Part shown: in pieces, positions 1 through 8,832 of the stretch
Layout: each line of letters opens with the position of its first letter
Numbering within the stretch: position 1 is the first letter of the stretch
From: an uncultured archaeon
GTDB lineage: Archaea; Asgardarchaeota; Lokiarchaeia; Sigyniarchaeales; SOKP01
Reading direction: 5' to 3'
Assembly (NCBI GenBank): GCA_964388035.1
Contig: CAYLZE010000006.1
Location: 1-64,000, forward strand
DNA length: 64,000 bases
The notes under the pieces: model-generated
What the model saw: the letters and a program-made list of their open reading frames with translations, nothing else
Databases searched by the model: none
Told to the model about the DNA's origin: nothing
Position numbers and translations under genes: made by a program

Positions 1-861
1 AAGGAAAGTGACAAGTTTTGTATTTACTGCGGTAAACCCATAGTAACTGATGTTCCAAAAGCGATAGATACAAAAAAGGAAGAAAAGAAGAAAGAAGTTA
101 AAAAAATTGAAGTCGAGGAAGTAGAAGAGGAAGAGGAAGAATTAGAAGAAGAGGAAGAAGAAGAGGAGGAGGAAGAAGAAAAAGAGGGGAAAAAGGGTAA
201 AAAGGATAAAAAGAAATCCAAAAAGGAAAAGGATAAGGAAGAAAAACGGGAACCAAAACCCCTTCCTGATGATGTGAAGGAACAAATCAACTTACATATT
301 GAATTGAACGATATTGACCTGAAAAAGAAAGCTCTTGCAGATAAACTTCGAGATTTATCTAGGATGGCCAAAGCTCCCGATTATGATGTGGATGTTGATT
401 ATCAAGAGAAGATCAGCCTTCAATTAGAGGCAGTAAAAAAAGTATCGGAAGAACTCAAGCAACAGGAAAATGAACTCAAGCAAAAGATCCAAGGAGAATT
501 TATCGTGAAAAAATTAAATGACGATATCAATACCAGAGAGTTTCAACTCAAGAATCTCACGCGAGAGTTTAGACTACATAAAATAGATAAAGCTACCTTT
601 GATAAATTAAGGGATAAATATAAGCGAGAGAGAAAAACCTTAAAAGAAGAACGAGAAGATTTAAGGAATGGAATCGAATTATGGATTGAGGAAATTAAGA
701 TGGAAAGATCGGAAACCTCTAGTTTAAAAAAACTAAATAAGGGACGATATTCCGCCAAAGAAATTGAAGAGGAAGAATTTACAAAAAAAGACGAGGAATT
801 CAAGAAGAAACTCGAGAAAATAGACAGCAAGATAAAAACCTTGGAAGAATTGATAAAATGA
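1..861 (+). CDS. 5'-truncated protein with zinc ribbon, poly-Glu/Lys linker and coiled-coil region containing SHOCT/CdvA-like helical repeats
   Basis: Frame 1 is open from base 1 (KESDKFCIYCGKP, the second half of a zinc ribbon) through the acidic run into the listed 274..861 ORF; the start lies outside the window. Confidence 0.75.
   Translation, partial: KESDKFCIYCGKPIVTDVPKAIDTKKEEKKKEVKKIEVEEVEEEEEELEEEEEEEEEEEEKEGKKGKKDKKKSKKEKDKEEKREPKPLPDDVKEQINLHIELNDIDLKKKALADKLRDLSRMAKAPDYDVDVDYQEKISLQLEAVKKVSEELKQQENELKQKIQGEFIVKKLNDDINTREFQLKNLTREFRLHKIDKATFDKLRDKYKRERKTLKEEREDLRNGIELWIEEIKMERSETSSLKKLNKGRYSAKEIEEEEFTKKDEEFKKKLEKIDSKIKTLEELIK
115..180 (+). repeat. GAA/GAG low-complexity tract encoding poly-Glu
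   Basis: Near-uninterrupted GAR codons inside the first CDS. Confidence 0.85.
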
Positions 862-906
862 GGATTAATAAATTATTTTTAACTATAATCATTCTTTTAA
901 TTGAAA

Positions 907-1032
907 ATGAGAAATAAATTAGTAGGTATTCTACTTTTCTTGTTAGCCCTTTCATTTCTCACGTTAGGAATCATTGCAGAACAATACTCCGCGATTGATT
1001 CTTTATATGAAAAAATGGCAGCGATTCCGTAA
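907..1032 (+). CDS. small single-TM membrane protein (41 aa), not in ORF track
   Basis: ATG..TAA reads MRNKLVGILLFLLALSFLTLGIIAEQYSAIDSLYEKMAAIP: basic N-terminus plus hydrophobic helix; fills the gap after the first CDS. Confidence 0.6.
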   Translation: MRNKLVGILLFLLALSFLTLGIIAEQYSAIDSLYEKMAAIP

Positions 1033-1066
1033 AGCCGAAGGAAATCTAAAAGAAGAGTAAAAAAGG

Positions 1067-1351
1067 TTATAAAACACCCGCATCAGAATCTTCCAAGAAT
1101 CCTTTTTTCTGGTACAGTTTCTCTTGTGCCTTTCTCACTTTCTTCACTTTATTATAATGTTCTTTACAAAGATATATTTTTTTCCGCTTATTTTCGACAA
1201 TTTTCAAACCCGCTTTCTCAACATATTTAGCATACGAGTTTTCAGAAAAAGAGCGAATTGCAGTTTTTTTGCAATCGTGTACCGAACAGGTTTTATTTTT
1301 TTCCGTGGTAGATAATTCTTTTTTCTCACGTAACTCTTTAGGTAATTTCAT
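1067..1351 (-). CDS. small basic Cys/His metal-binding hypothetical protein
   Basis: CSVHDC...YLCKEHY motif pair. Confidence 0.7.
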   Translation of the reverse strand: MKLPKELREKKELSTTEKNKTCSVHDCKKTAIRSFSENSYAKYVEKAGLKIVENKRKKIYLCKEHYNKVKKVRKAQEKLYQKKGFLEDSDAGVL

Positions 1352-1541
1352 TTTATATCCCTGTTATTCTGGGTTTGTTACCATTTATTATTTTGAATTA
1401 ATTACAATGTAAAAATGCATGATTTCTTATATTTTTTCTTAAAGCCAAAAGATTCATGAGGAATCCTTTAAAAAAGCGCTATTTCCAATAAATATGCAAG
1501 AGGTAAAGTGAAAATATTGCAAGTTTTGATTACTGGTTGTG

Positions 1542-2354
1542 TTATTTTTTAGCGTATAACATGAAAACGCCCAATTTCGCACTTATATCTTCCTCACCCA
1601 CGGTAGTGGTAAATCCCTTGGACTCCAATAAAAAAATTAAACTTTTTAGCAAGTTTTTCCCATTCCGAATATGTTCATGCACTTCCATGGATATTTGATC
1701 GATCTTATCCCAATCCCGATCTTCTATTCCATTGACGACTTGACGCTCATAATTTTCAGCGTCCACTTTTAATAGGTTAATCTTATCAACATGATTTTCT
1801 TGAATGATTTTGGATAACCGTCTTAATGTACAAGGAACTTTCTCTGCTTTATATAATTTCGTGAGAAATGAACGGACTACTCGTTTTCTTAAGAATTTTG
1901 GAACCACTTTAGCCATGGGGAAGTCTTTACAGACAGCTTCCTTGTAATTTTCAACATATTTATCCACTTTTTGTTCCATATCAAATGGGACGATCGCAGA
2001 ATCAGCGGAAACTTTGGAATAGTAATTAATTCCTGTTTCTGCATTTACATCCGATAATCCAATATTATGTTTTTTTATAACGCATGGGAGATCAGTCAAG
2101 TTCGCTGTTAACACCTCAAATATGATTTTTATCGGTTCAAACGCGTATATTTTAATATCCGGAGCTTTTTGGCAAATATAAAGAGAAAAAAGACCTATGT
2201 TTGCCCCAATATCAAATATCGTGTCCCCTTTATTTACTTCAATCCCGTGCTTCAAGTATACGTTATCACCAAAGATTTCATTATAAACATATAATGCGGT
2301 TAATTTATCAATATAAAAGAAATCTCTCCCATTCGGTAAGGTTAGCTTATTCAT
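1542..2354 (-). CDS. FkbM family SAM-dependent methyltransferase
   Basis: IFDIGANIGLFS, YAFEP and LLKVDAENYE motifs. Confidence 0.9.
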   Translation of the reverse strand: MNKLTLPNGRDFFYIDKLTALYVYNEIFGDNVYLKHGIEVNKGDTIFDIGANIGLFSLYICQKAPDIKIYAFEPIKIIFEVLTANLTDLPCVIKKHNIGLSDVNAETGINYYSKVSADSAIVPFDMEQKVDKYVENYKEAVCKDFPMAKVVPKFLRKRVVRSFLTKLYKAEKVPCTLRRLSKIIQENHVDKINLLKVDAENYERQVVNGIEDRDWDKIDQISMEVHEHIRNGKNLLKSLIFLLESKGFTTTVGEEDISAKLGVFMLYAKK

Positions 2355-2587
2355 TTTTTTAGGTTTTTTCCATATTTCTAGAAGTTATTAAAAAGTTAAA
2401 CATGAAAGAAATTAAAATTTTTTTTTATTCTCTCAGGTATTATACAAGTTCTAGATAAATTATTTTTTCTTAAAGGGAATGACAAATAAATAAAAAAAGG
2501 AGAAATTAAGTGGAATTATGCTTTCTAACAATATGAGGTAAAATACTTTTTATTTAAAAATAAAATCGGAGATGTCAAGAAACGACA

Positions 2588-3289
2588 GTAAATTTACCCT
2601 TCGATGAAGAATTAATACGAAAAAAGCTAATTCCCTGTGATTCTCCCTCCCGTCTCTCTCTTAATGATGATTATTTTACAAAGTCAGCAGTTCTTTTTCC
2701 CCTGGTTCCTCAGGAAGATGGTTCGTTTCAAATCATCATTATTCATCGCAGCAATAAAGGGTTTAAACATCGGGGAGAAATGTCCTTTCCCGGGGGAAAG
2801 TTTGACCTCTTGAAAGATAAGACCTTGAAAGATACGGCATTAAGAGAGTGTGAAGAAGAAATTGGCGTTCCTTCTTCGAAGGTTAAGGTTCTCGGGTGTC
2901 TAAATGATTTCCCCACTTTAACTAAATTTATCATCACGCCTTTTGTAGGAATCATCGACCGAGAAGAACCATTAAAAAGAGATGAAAGAGAAGTGCAAAC
3001 CATCCTAAAAATTCCTATAAATTTCTTCGTTACCAAAAAAAATTTTAAAGAAAAAACCTATGAGATTGAAAGCGAAAAATTTCCCATTTTTTACTTTAAT
3101 TACACGGATAAAGCAACCAAAATAAAGTATACTGTATGGGGGGCTACGGGATTCATGATAACCTATTTCATAGAATTAGTGTATGATATCAAGTTATCAA
3201 AACTTGGAATGAAGCGCTTTGAATTGGAGAAGATAAAATCCTTGAAGGATTACATAAAATATAAGAAGGAAATTACCAAGAGTTTTTGA
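2588..3289 (+). CDS. Nudix hydrolase, CoA pyrophosphatase (NUDT7-like); start uncertain
   Basis: Nudix box GGKFD..TALRECEEEIG and VWGATG. The frame is open upstream of the listed ATG 2780 (VNLPFDEELI...KSAVLFPL...HRGEMSFPGG) and aligns with the N-terminus of the adjacent paralogue. Confidence 0.8.
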   Translation, partial: VNLPFDEELIRKKLIPCDSPSRLSLNDDYFTKSAVLFPLVPQEDGSFQIIIIHRSNKGFKHRGEMSFPGGKFDLLKDKTLKDTALRECEEEIGVPSSKVKVLGCLNDFPTLTKFIITPFVGIIDREEPLKRDEREVQTILKIPINFFVTKKNFKEKTYEIESEKFPIFYFNYTDKATKIKYTVWGATGFMITYFIELVYDIKLSKLGMKRFELEKIKSLKDYIKYKKEITKSF

Positions 3290-3312
3290 AATAAATTTGA
3301 AGTGAACGGATC

Positions 3313-3990
3313 ATGAATCTATCTGATTTTCTATTTGATGAATCTTTAATAACCAGTAACCTAAAAAAGTATATCGATTCTTCAAGATTATCCATGAATC
3401 ATCCTGGATTTGTAAAATCTGCGGTAGTAGTTTTATTATTACCTTTAAACAATCAACCCTATGAATTAATATTAATTCGTCGCACAAAAAGAAAAGATGA
3501 TAAACATTCCGGTGAAATGGGTTTTGCTGGGGGCGTTTTTGATGGCCAAAAAGATAAAAATTATGAAGATACTGCATTAAGAGAGGTTAATGAAGAATTA
3601 GGCATTCCAAGAACAAATATAAAGATTTTGGGATGCCTGGATGATCATTTAACCCCTAAAGGATTCATTATTACTCCTTTTGTAGGATACGTGCGAAAAA
3701 ATACGGAAATGGTCAAACAAGAAGCAGAAGTTAAAGAAATCGTTAAAATTCCCGTTACTTTTTTCGCCAACAAGAAAAATTATAAAGAGAAAACCTACAT
3801 GATTAAAAATGATCGGATTGGAGTCGGGAAGTTTCGATTTACTGCTCCGAATGGAGAAATATATACCATTTTTGGTGCTACTAGCCATATTATAGTGAAT
3901 TACATGGATACTGTTCATGAAATTGGACTAATCACTCCCGGCATTAGACGTATCCGCTGTGAGGATATTGCGGACAAGATTGTAAAATAA
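3313..3990 (+). CDS. Nudix hydrolase, CoA pyrophosphatase (NUDT7-like), tandem paralogue
   Basis: KSAVVV, HSGEMGFAGG..TALREVNEELG and IFGATS motifs. Confidence 0.9.
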   Translation: MNLSDFLFDESLITSNLKKYIDSSRLSMNHPGFVKSAVVVLLLPLNNQPYELILIRRTKRKDDKHSGEMGFAGGVFDGQKDKNYEDTALREVNEELGIPRTNIKILGCLDDHLTPKGFIITPFVGYVRKNTEMVKQEAEVKEIVKIPVTFFANKKNYKEKTYMIKNDRIGVGKFRFTAPNGEIYTIFGATSHIIVNYMDTVHEIGLITPGIRRIRCEDIADKIVK

Positions 3991-4010
3991 TCATTTTTTT
4001 CAAAATAAGG

Positions 4011-4028
4011 GAAAATTTCAATTTAAAT
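4011..4028 (+). promoter_or_regulatory. putative BRE/TATA promoter of tRNA-Sec
   Basis: GAAAA followed by TTTAAAT about 25-30 nt upstream of the tRNA 5' end. Confidence 0.45.
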
Positions 4029-4068
4029 CAAAGGTTAAGCCTTATAGAAGTGGCCCTTGACGGTCGGA

Positions 4069-4098
4069 ATTTTAAATCACCTCGATTTTCGACGATAA
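4069..4098 (+). other. tRNA-Sec intron 1 (30 nt, D-arm, about position 15/16)
   Basis: Bulge-helix-bulge: helix GTCG(4063-66)/CGAT(4093-96), bulges GAA and AAG; removal restores the 7-bp D stem with a TGGT loop. Confidence 0.85.
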
Positions 4099-4156
4099 GT
4101 GGTCTCCGACGCTGGGCTTCAAACCCAGTTTTCCCGCGGAGGGATAGGAGTTCGAT

Positions 4157-4187
4157 AATGGATGGGAACAATCCCCTCGGTCGATAA
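4157..4187 (+). other. tRNA-Sec intron 2 (31 nt, T-loop, position 59/60)
   Basis: Relaxed BHB: TTCG(4151-54)/CGAT(4182-85) with one U-U mismatch, bulges ATA and AAT; removal gives the T-loop TTCGATT. Confidence 0.8.
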
Positions 4188-4430
4188 TCTCCTCGAGGGC
4201 CGCCATTTTTCTACTATAAAGAATTTTAGGTTAAATAGTTCTCTAATGAATGAAAATTCCTATATCTAAGTAAATTTGATCGATAATCAAACAGGTAAGG
4301 ATAATTTATTGAAGATTCACTTTCCTTAATATTATTCAAGAGAATTTAATTTTATTTAGCAAAAAAATATCTTGAAAAAAACCTTATTAATTGTATTTAT
4401 TACATCCAAGTACTATAGAAGAAACTTAAA

Positions 4431-5792
4431 ATGGTAGATTTTTCTAATATTATCCAATATTTTACAAGCACTCCCATTCCTCAGAACATGCTCAACAGAG
4501 GACAATTAGTATTGAATGAATTTTTAAAGCCAATAAAAATTCTTTTTGAGCAAAAAGCAGTTCCTGAGGACCCCTGGACGGATGAACAAATTAACTACTT
4601 GTTGGAGATTCTGTCGAACATGGATACGGATAAAGATGCAGGAGCTGCGAGGGTTGGAGAACGAGAAGCTCGAATTGCCACCAAATTGCACCTTCAAACC
4701 TCGGCAGGCTTTTGCCATGGAATCGGGAGGAGTGGATTTCTCACAGCACCTCAACCGAAAGCTCCGGGAGGTTCTATTATGTATGAAATTGCGAATTATT
4801 TGGCTCGTCATTTTTTAAAAAAATTTGGTCTTCCCAATATTAAAAAAGCCATCGTTGTTCCCTTATGCACGGGCATGTCTTTAGCTTTATGTTTAAGTGC
4901 CTTGAGACCAAAAATAAACGATTCCCAAGCGATATATAAGAATTCTGTTTTAATCCCTCAAGTTGATCACAATTCCTTGTTAAAAGCTTGTGATTTTGTC
5001 GGAGTAAATAAAAAAATAATAAATGGTAAAATATTTGGTGATGCAGTGCGAATCCCAATAGAAGATATCCATCAAAATTACGATGAAAGCTGTTTTGCCG
5101 TGATATCCTTGACGAGCTTTTTTCCTCCTAGAGAACCAGATGATATAAAAGGAATAAGCGTGTTTGCGAAAAAAAATGATTTGGTACACATCGTAATTAA
5201 TGCATATGGTGTTCAAAACCCCGAATGGATGAAATTAATAAGATCCGCCATCGATGCAGGAAGAGTAGACGCCATTATTCAATCGACTGATAAAAATTTT
5301 CTCACCCCCGTAGGTGGAGCGATTATTGCCTCTCCAAATAAAGAGACCATGACAAAGGTAAGTAGAACCTATGCCGGACGGGCAAATGCAACTCCCGTCG
5401 TCCAATTTTTAGTTTCTGCACTTTCTTTAGGAATAAATGGATATCAAGATTTATTAAATAAACAACAAGAAAATCGGCGATTATTGGAAGAAAAACTAGG
5501 AGAGCTTGCTGACAAGTTGGGGGAGAAAGTCTTAAACGTTTTCAATCCCGTGGCAGTAATGATGTCATTAAAGAATTTACCAAGAGATAAGATATACTCC
5601 TTGGGTGGAGCTCTTTACAACATAAGAGTTACAGGTCCAAGAGTATATAATCCCGCAGAAAAATCTTTTGGTACTTGTTGCGATAATTATCCCATTCCTT
5701 ATATCGTGATGAACTCTGCAATCGGTGCCACTAAGGAGGATATCATTAATGCTGTGGATCGCTTAGAACGAGCATATCATCAAATTAGATAG
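4431..5792 (+). CDS. spcS: O-phosphoseryl-tRNA(Sec) selenium transferase (SepSecS)
   Basis: GEREAR, HGIGRSG, QPKA, TGMSL, NAYG and PLP-lysine motif QSTDKNF; adjacent tRNA-Sec. Confidence 0.95.
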   Translation: MVDFSNIIQYFTSTPIPQNMLNRGQLVLNEFLKPIKILFEQKAVPEDPWTDEQINYLLEILSNMDTDKDAGAARVGEREARIATKLHLQTSAGFCHGIGRSGFLTAPQPKAPGGSIMYEIANYLARHFLKKFGLPNIKKAIVVPLCTGMSLALCLSALRPKINDSQAIYKNSVLIPQVDHNSLLKACDFVGVNKKIINGKIFGDAVRIPIEDIHQNYDESCFAVISLTSFFPPREPDDIKGISVFAKKNDLVHIVINAYGVQNPEWMKLIRSAIDAGRVDAIIQSTDKNFLTPVGGAIIASPNKETMTKVSRTYAGRANATPVVQFLVSALSLGINGYQDLLNKQQENRRLLEEKLGELADKLGEKVLNVFNPVAVMMSLKNLPRDKIYSLGGALYNIRVTGPRVYNPAEKSFGTCCDNYPIPYIVMNSAIGATKEDIINAVDRLERAYHQIR

Positions 5793-5879
5793 TTTTACAC
5801 GATTTCCGGCTAATTTGAAGAAAATCTACCTTCATTTATAATTTTTAAAAACCCCTTTTAAAACGGAATTAAAAGCCGG

Positions 5880-6551
5880 TTACAATACCGATCGAATTAT
5901 TTTCAATTTTTCACTTGAAATTAATAAACGAATAAAATCTTCTACCAAATCTCCTTCATGATATGATTGTTTGAGGGATTTCACGCAATTAGGACAGTAA
6001 AAATACTGATCCTCATCCTGGATATGCAATACTAAAAAACTTCCACAATTATTACATTTCAACTGTTCTAAGCATTCACAACAAAATAGATTTAGATTTT
6101 TGTTCATCCATAAGGAGAAGATCTTCTCTTCAGAAAACTCGTTCACATTTGCTGTAAAGAATTCTTCAAAATATAGTTGTTTTTTGCATCTATAAGAGAC
6201 TCTTTTAAAGGCTTTGGCTTTTTTCAAATTCTTTTCTTCCAAATTAACGGAAATATCTTCAAGATCGAATAATTCATCATCGTCTAATTCTTCGCTACCT
6301 ATTAATTCTTGAGCTTCTGCTCTTTCTAATGTTTTTTCATCACCCATCAATGAAATGAAATGAACATCTGCTTCGATTTCAAGAAATTTATCTTTGAAAA
6401 GATAGGCAATTTTCTCCAATCTTTCTGCATTTTCTCTCATCCCCTGTGCCCAAATTTTTAATGCTTCTTGTGGTGAACTAGTTCTCTCCAAAATCCATCT
6501 AAGATCATCTCCTTGCTTCATATGAACATGAATATAATATTCTTTCCTCAT
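5880..6551 (-). CDS. hypothetical protein with C-terminal Cys-rich zinc-binding region
   Basis: 223-aa ORF; CCEC, CNNC and CPNC motifs. Confidence 0.65.
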   Translation of the reverse strand: MRKEYYIHVHMKQGDDLRWILERTSSPQEALKIWAQGMRENAERLEKIAYLFKDKFLEIEADVHFISLMGDEKTLERAEAQELIGSEELDDDELFDLEDISVNLEEKNLKKAKAFKRVSYRCKKQLYFEEFFTANVNEFSEEKIFSLWMNKNLNLFCCECLEQLKCNNCGSFLVLHIQDEDQYFYCPNCVKSLKQSYHEGDLVEDFIRLLISSEKLKIIRSVL

Positions 6552-6897
6552 TCTTAGAGCTCCAACTATTTGATTTAAATTAATCTTGTTTTTAAGATTA
6601 GTAAGGTTAAACTTGGTTGTGATTTAGATTATTTAAATTTATAAACTAAACCAGTATTTTTTACTTAAAGCCCTATTTTTCCATCCTATTCCAATTGTTC
6701 CGATTCAAGTAAATCCTCAGATAATGATACTTATTATCAAGATAAGACTTATAAATGGCATGAATGATATAATTAATAAGTTAGAAAGTGTTTCTTTATT
6801 AATTCTTTTAAATAAAAATACACAATCCGTATCTAATGCTACAAATTTATTAATAAAGAAAGTTATTTGTATGATATATGGCATGTACAAATGAGGC

Positions 6898-7590
6898 ATG
6901 TTTTTAATCATGGAAAATCGTCTATTAAATCAATTTGAAACGGTAATCACTTCTGAATGGCCATCAAAGCAGATTCAAATTCATTATGATCCTTTAAATC
7001 GTAGAGAACTATTTGAATTGGCTTATCACACTTGCAATACTCTAAGTTCCAGAAATATTTTTATCAAAATAACACAAGATGAAACTAAAGCAGGTTCCTC
7101 AGCAATTTTATACGCCACCAATAAAAAAACGTTCATTTCGGTTGAAACGCTGGAAGATTATCTACAAATCACTCAATATTTTAATCAAGCAGCCGTGGAT
7201 GAATTGGAGCAAAAAATTTTGCCCACCTTTCAAGCACGAAAAGAAAAATATACGAATAAGGAAAGTGAGATTAAAACTCAGCTAATTAAAACAATTCTGG
7301 TCGAAAGAAAATTGGATGAATGTGCTAATCTGGTAATGCTGAAAGGATTAACAAGAAAAATTTATTTTGCTATCGGTGATGCCCGAGAAAGTGCTGCTGT
7401 AGTACCTATCTTCATGGAAGCAGAAGGTGCAAATTTAGTGCAGTTAGCTCTAAATAAATGGATGGAGATTACCCAAAATCTTCCCCCCGAAGAATTATTT
7501 CCCGAGACTCATTCCTCGGGAATGCTCAAAAACCTCGTACAAATTAAACGATGGGTTCTCAATTTAATTTCAACCTATTTAGATAAATAA
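6898..7590 (+). CDS. hypothetical protein
   Basis: 230-aa ORF, no recognised motif. Confidence 0.7.
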   Translation: MFLIMENRLLNQFETVITSEWPSKQIQIHYDPLNRRELFELAYHTCNTLSSRNIFIKITQDETKAGSSAILYATNKKTFISVETLEDYLQITQYFNQAAVDELEQKILPTFQARKEKYTNKESEIKTQLIKTILVERKLDECANLVMLKGLTRKIYFAIGDARESAAVVPIFMEAEGANLVQLALNKWMEITQNLPPEELFPETHSSGMLKNLVQIKRWVLNLISTYLDK

Positions 7591-7794
7591 AACATATTTT
7601 CAATACTTTTTTCTAATTCCATGAGGGAGAAAAATATAAGAACGTGGTAAAAGAAAGTACGAGAATAAACTTTTATACATTAATTCTCAAACAAGAAAAT
7701 TTTAATGATTTAGAGTTAAGAAGATTCAATCCAATACCCAAATTCGAGTAATAAAAAAATAAGGTTTTTTTAGATTTGAAAGATAAAAGATAAT

Positions 7795-8274
7795 TTATTT
7801 TGATTCCGAGAGCAAAACTATCTTGCCTCCCGCTTCTTCGACCTTCTCCAAGGCACCTTTTGATGCTTTCTTTACGGTGATGTTAAGCTTTTTGTTAACT
7901 TCTCCTCGTCCCAGAACTTTTTGAATGTTTAAATCATCTAAATTTATGGAATACGTATTTCCTGATTTGGTTGCTATATTTTCTTGGACTAAGCGGTCAA
8001 TTTGCAAGTCCAGATCCTTGATATTCATGGTGTTAATTTTTTCAATCCGGACCATATCTTGGGGTCTTTTAAAGCCATGACTCCCGTGAATCCAAGCAGG
8101 ATTGGGAAATCCCAAGCGTTTCTGCTTCAAATAATAAGAATATAAACTTTTTTTCCATTGAGCGGTAAGACCTTTACCAACAACCTGTCCGTGTCCCCGG
8201 TGCTGACCTACTCTACCGTATCCACAAGTTCTAGAACCTCTCATTTTCCGGATTTTCTTTGGGAATTTTCTCAT
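7795..8274 (-). CDS. rpl15: ribosomal protein uL15
   Basis: KMRGSRTCGYG, KVLGRG and EKVEEAGGK motifs; cluster position. Confidence 0.93.
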   Translation of the reverse strand: MRKFPKKIRKMRGSRTCGYGRVGQHRGHGQVVGKGLTAQWKKSLYSYYLKQKRLGFPNPAWIHGSHGFKRPQDMVRIEKINTMNIKDLDLQIDRLVQENIATKSGNTYSINLDDLNIQKVLGRGEVNKKLNITVKKASKGALEKVEEAGGKIVLLSESK

Positions 8275-8293
8275 GAGATCATGAACACCTTTT

Positions 8294-8815
8294 TTAAATC
8301 ATTTTATAAACTAATTCATTAATATATTCATCCACGTGCCCGAGAGTACCCCCTTCTTGATAGCTCTGTTTGATAGTTTTACGATGTCCTTTTCTAGGGG
8401 GATGAAGGCGGAACACGGGTTTAATTTTTAAAATATCGTTTGTTCTATATTCAATTTTTCCTTCGATAAGAGCTTTAGCTAATTGTTTAATATCCTTGTA
8501 TTCCGTTAGATTCTTCACATTTTCATCCGTTAGGGGGTAATTTCCTTCAGTTCTGCCCCGCACTCTTAATAATGTTATTAACGTTTTTTCATTAATCTTG
8601 CCATAAGCGATATAATCCTTGCACTTTCTTAGCATCCCAAGAGAAGAAGCTTTGCCCCAAATCAGAACCCCATGATTTACCTTATGCATTCTAAGCATTT
8701 TTAGTGTATCTAATATTTTTCGATTCATTCCTGGAGCCCCGCGGATGCGTATTGCGAAATAAAGTCCATTATCCTCCGGACTTTTTCCTTGTACTTTTTT
8801 GGTTGCCATTACCAT
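8294..8815 (-). CDS. rpl30: ribosomal protein uL30
   Basis: AIRIRG, DTLKMLRMHKVNH, FRLHPPRKG. Confidence 0.95.
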   Translation of the reverse strand: MVMATKKVQGKSPEDNGLYFAIRIRGAPGMNRKILDTLKMLRMHKVNHGVLIWGKASSLGMLRKCKDYIAYGKINEKTLITLLRVRGRTEGNYPLTDENVKNLTEYKDIKQLAKALIEGKIEYRTNDILKIKPVFRLHPPRKGHRKTIKQSYQEGGTLGHVDEYINELVYKMI

Positions 8816-8832
8816 TTCTCACCACTCAACCT

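Larger units (their letters stand above)
4052..4205 (+). tRNA. selC: tRNA-Sec (anticodon UCA), 9/4 fold, two introns, encoded CCA
   Basis: 9-bp acceptor GGCCCTTGA/TCGAGGGCC, discriminator G and CCA; 7-bp D stem GTCGGAG-TGGT-CTCCGAC after splicing; 6-bp anticodon stem with loop CTTCAAA (TCA at 4119-4121); long variable arm; 4-bp T stem GGAG/CTCC; mature length 93 nt; adjacent to SepSecS. Confidence 0.95.

Noticed and set aside
24-371. Ser/Phe-rich minus-strand ORF (likewise 543..830, 17136..17378, 19592..19891, 56011..56352, 63784..63993)
   Set aside because: Antisense shadows of Glu/Lys-rich or otherwise well-supported real genes
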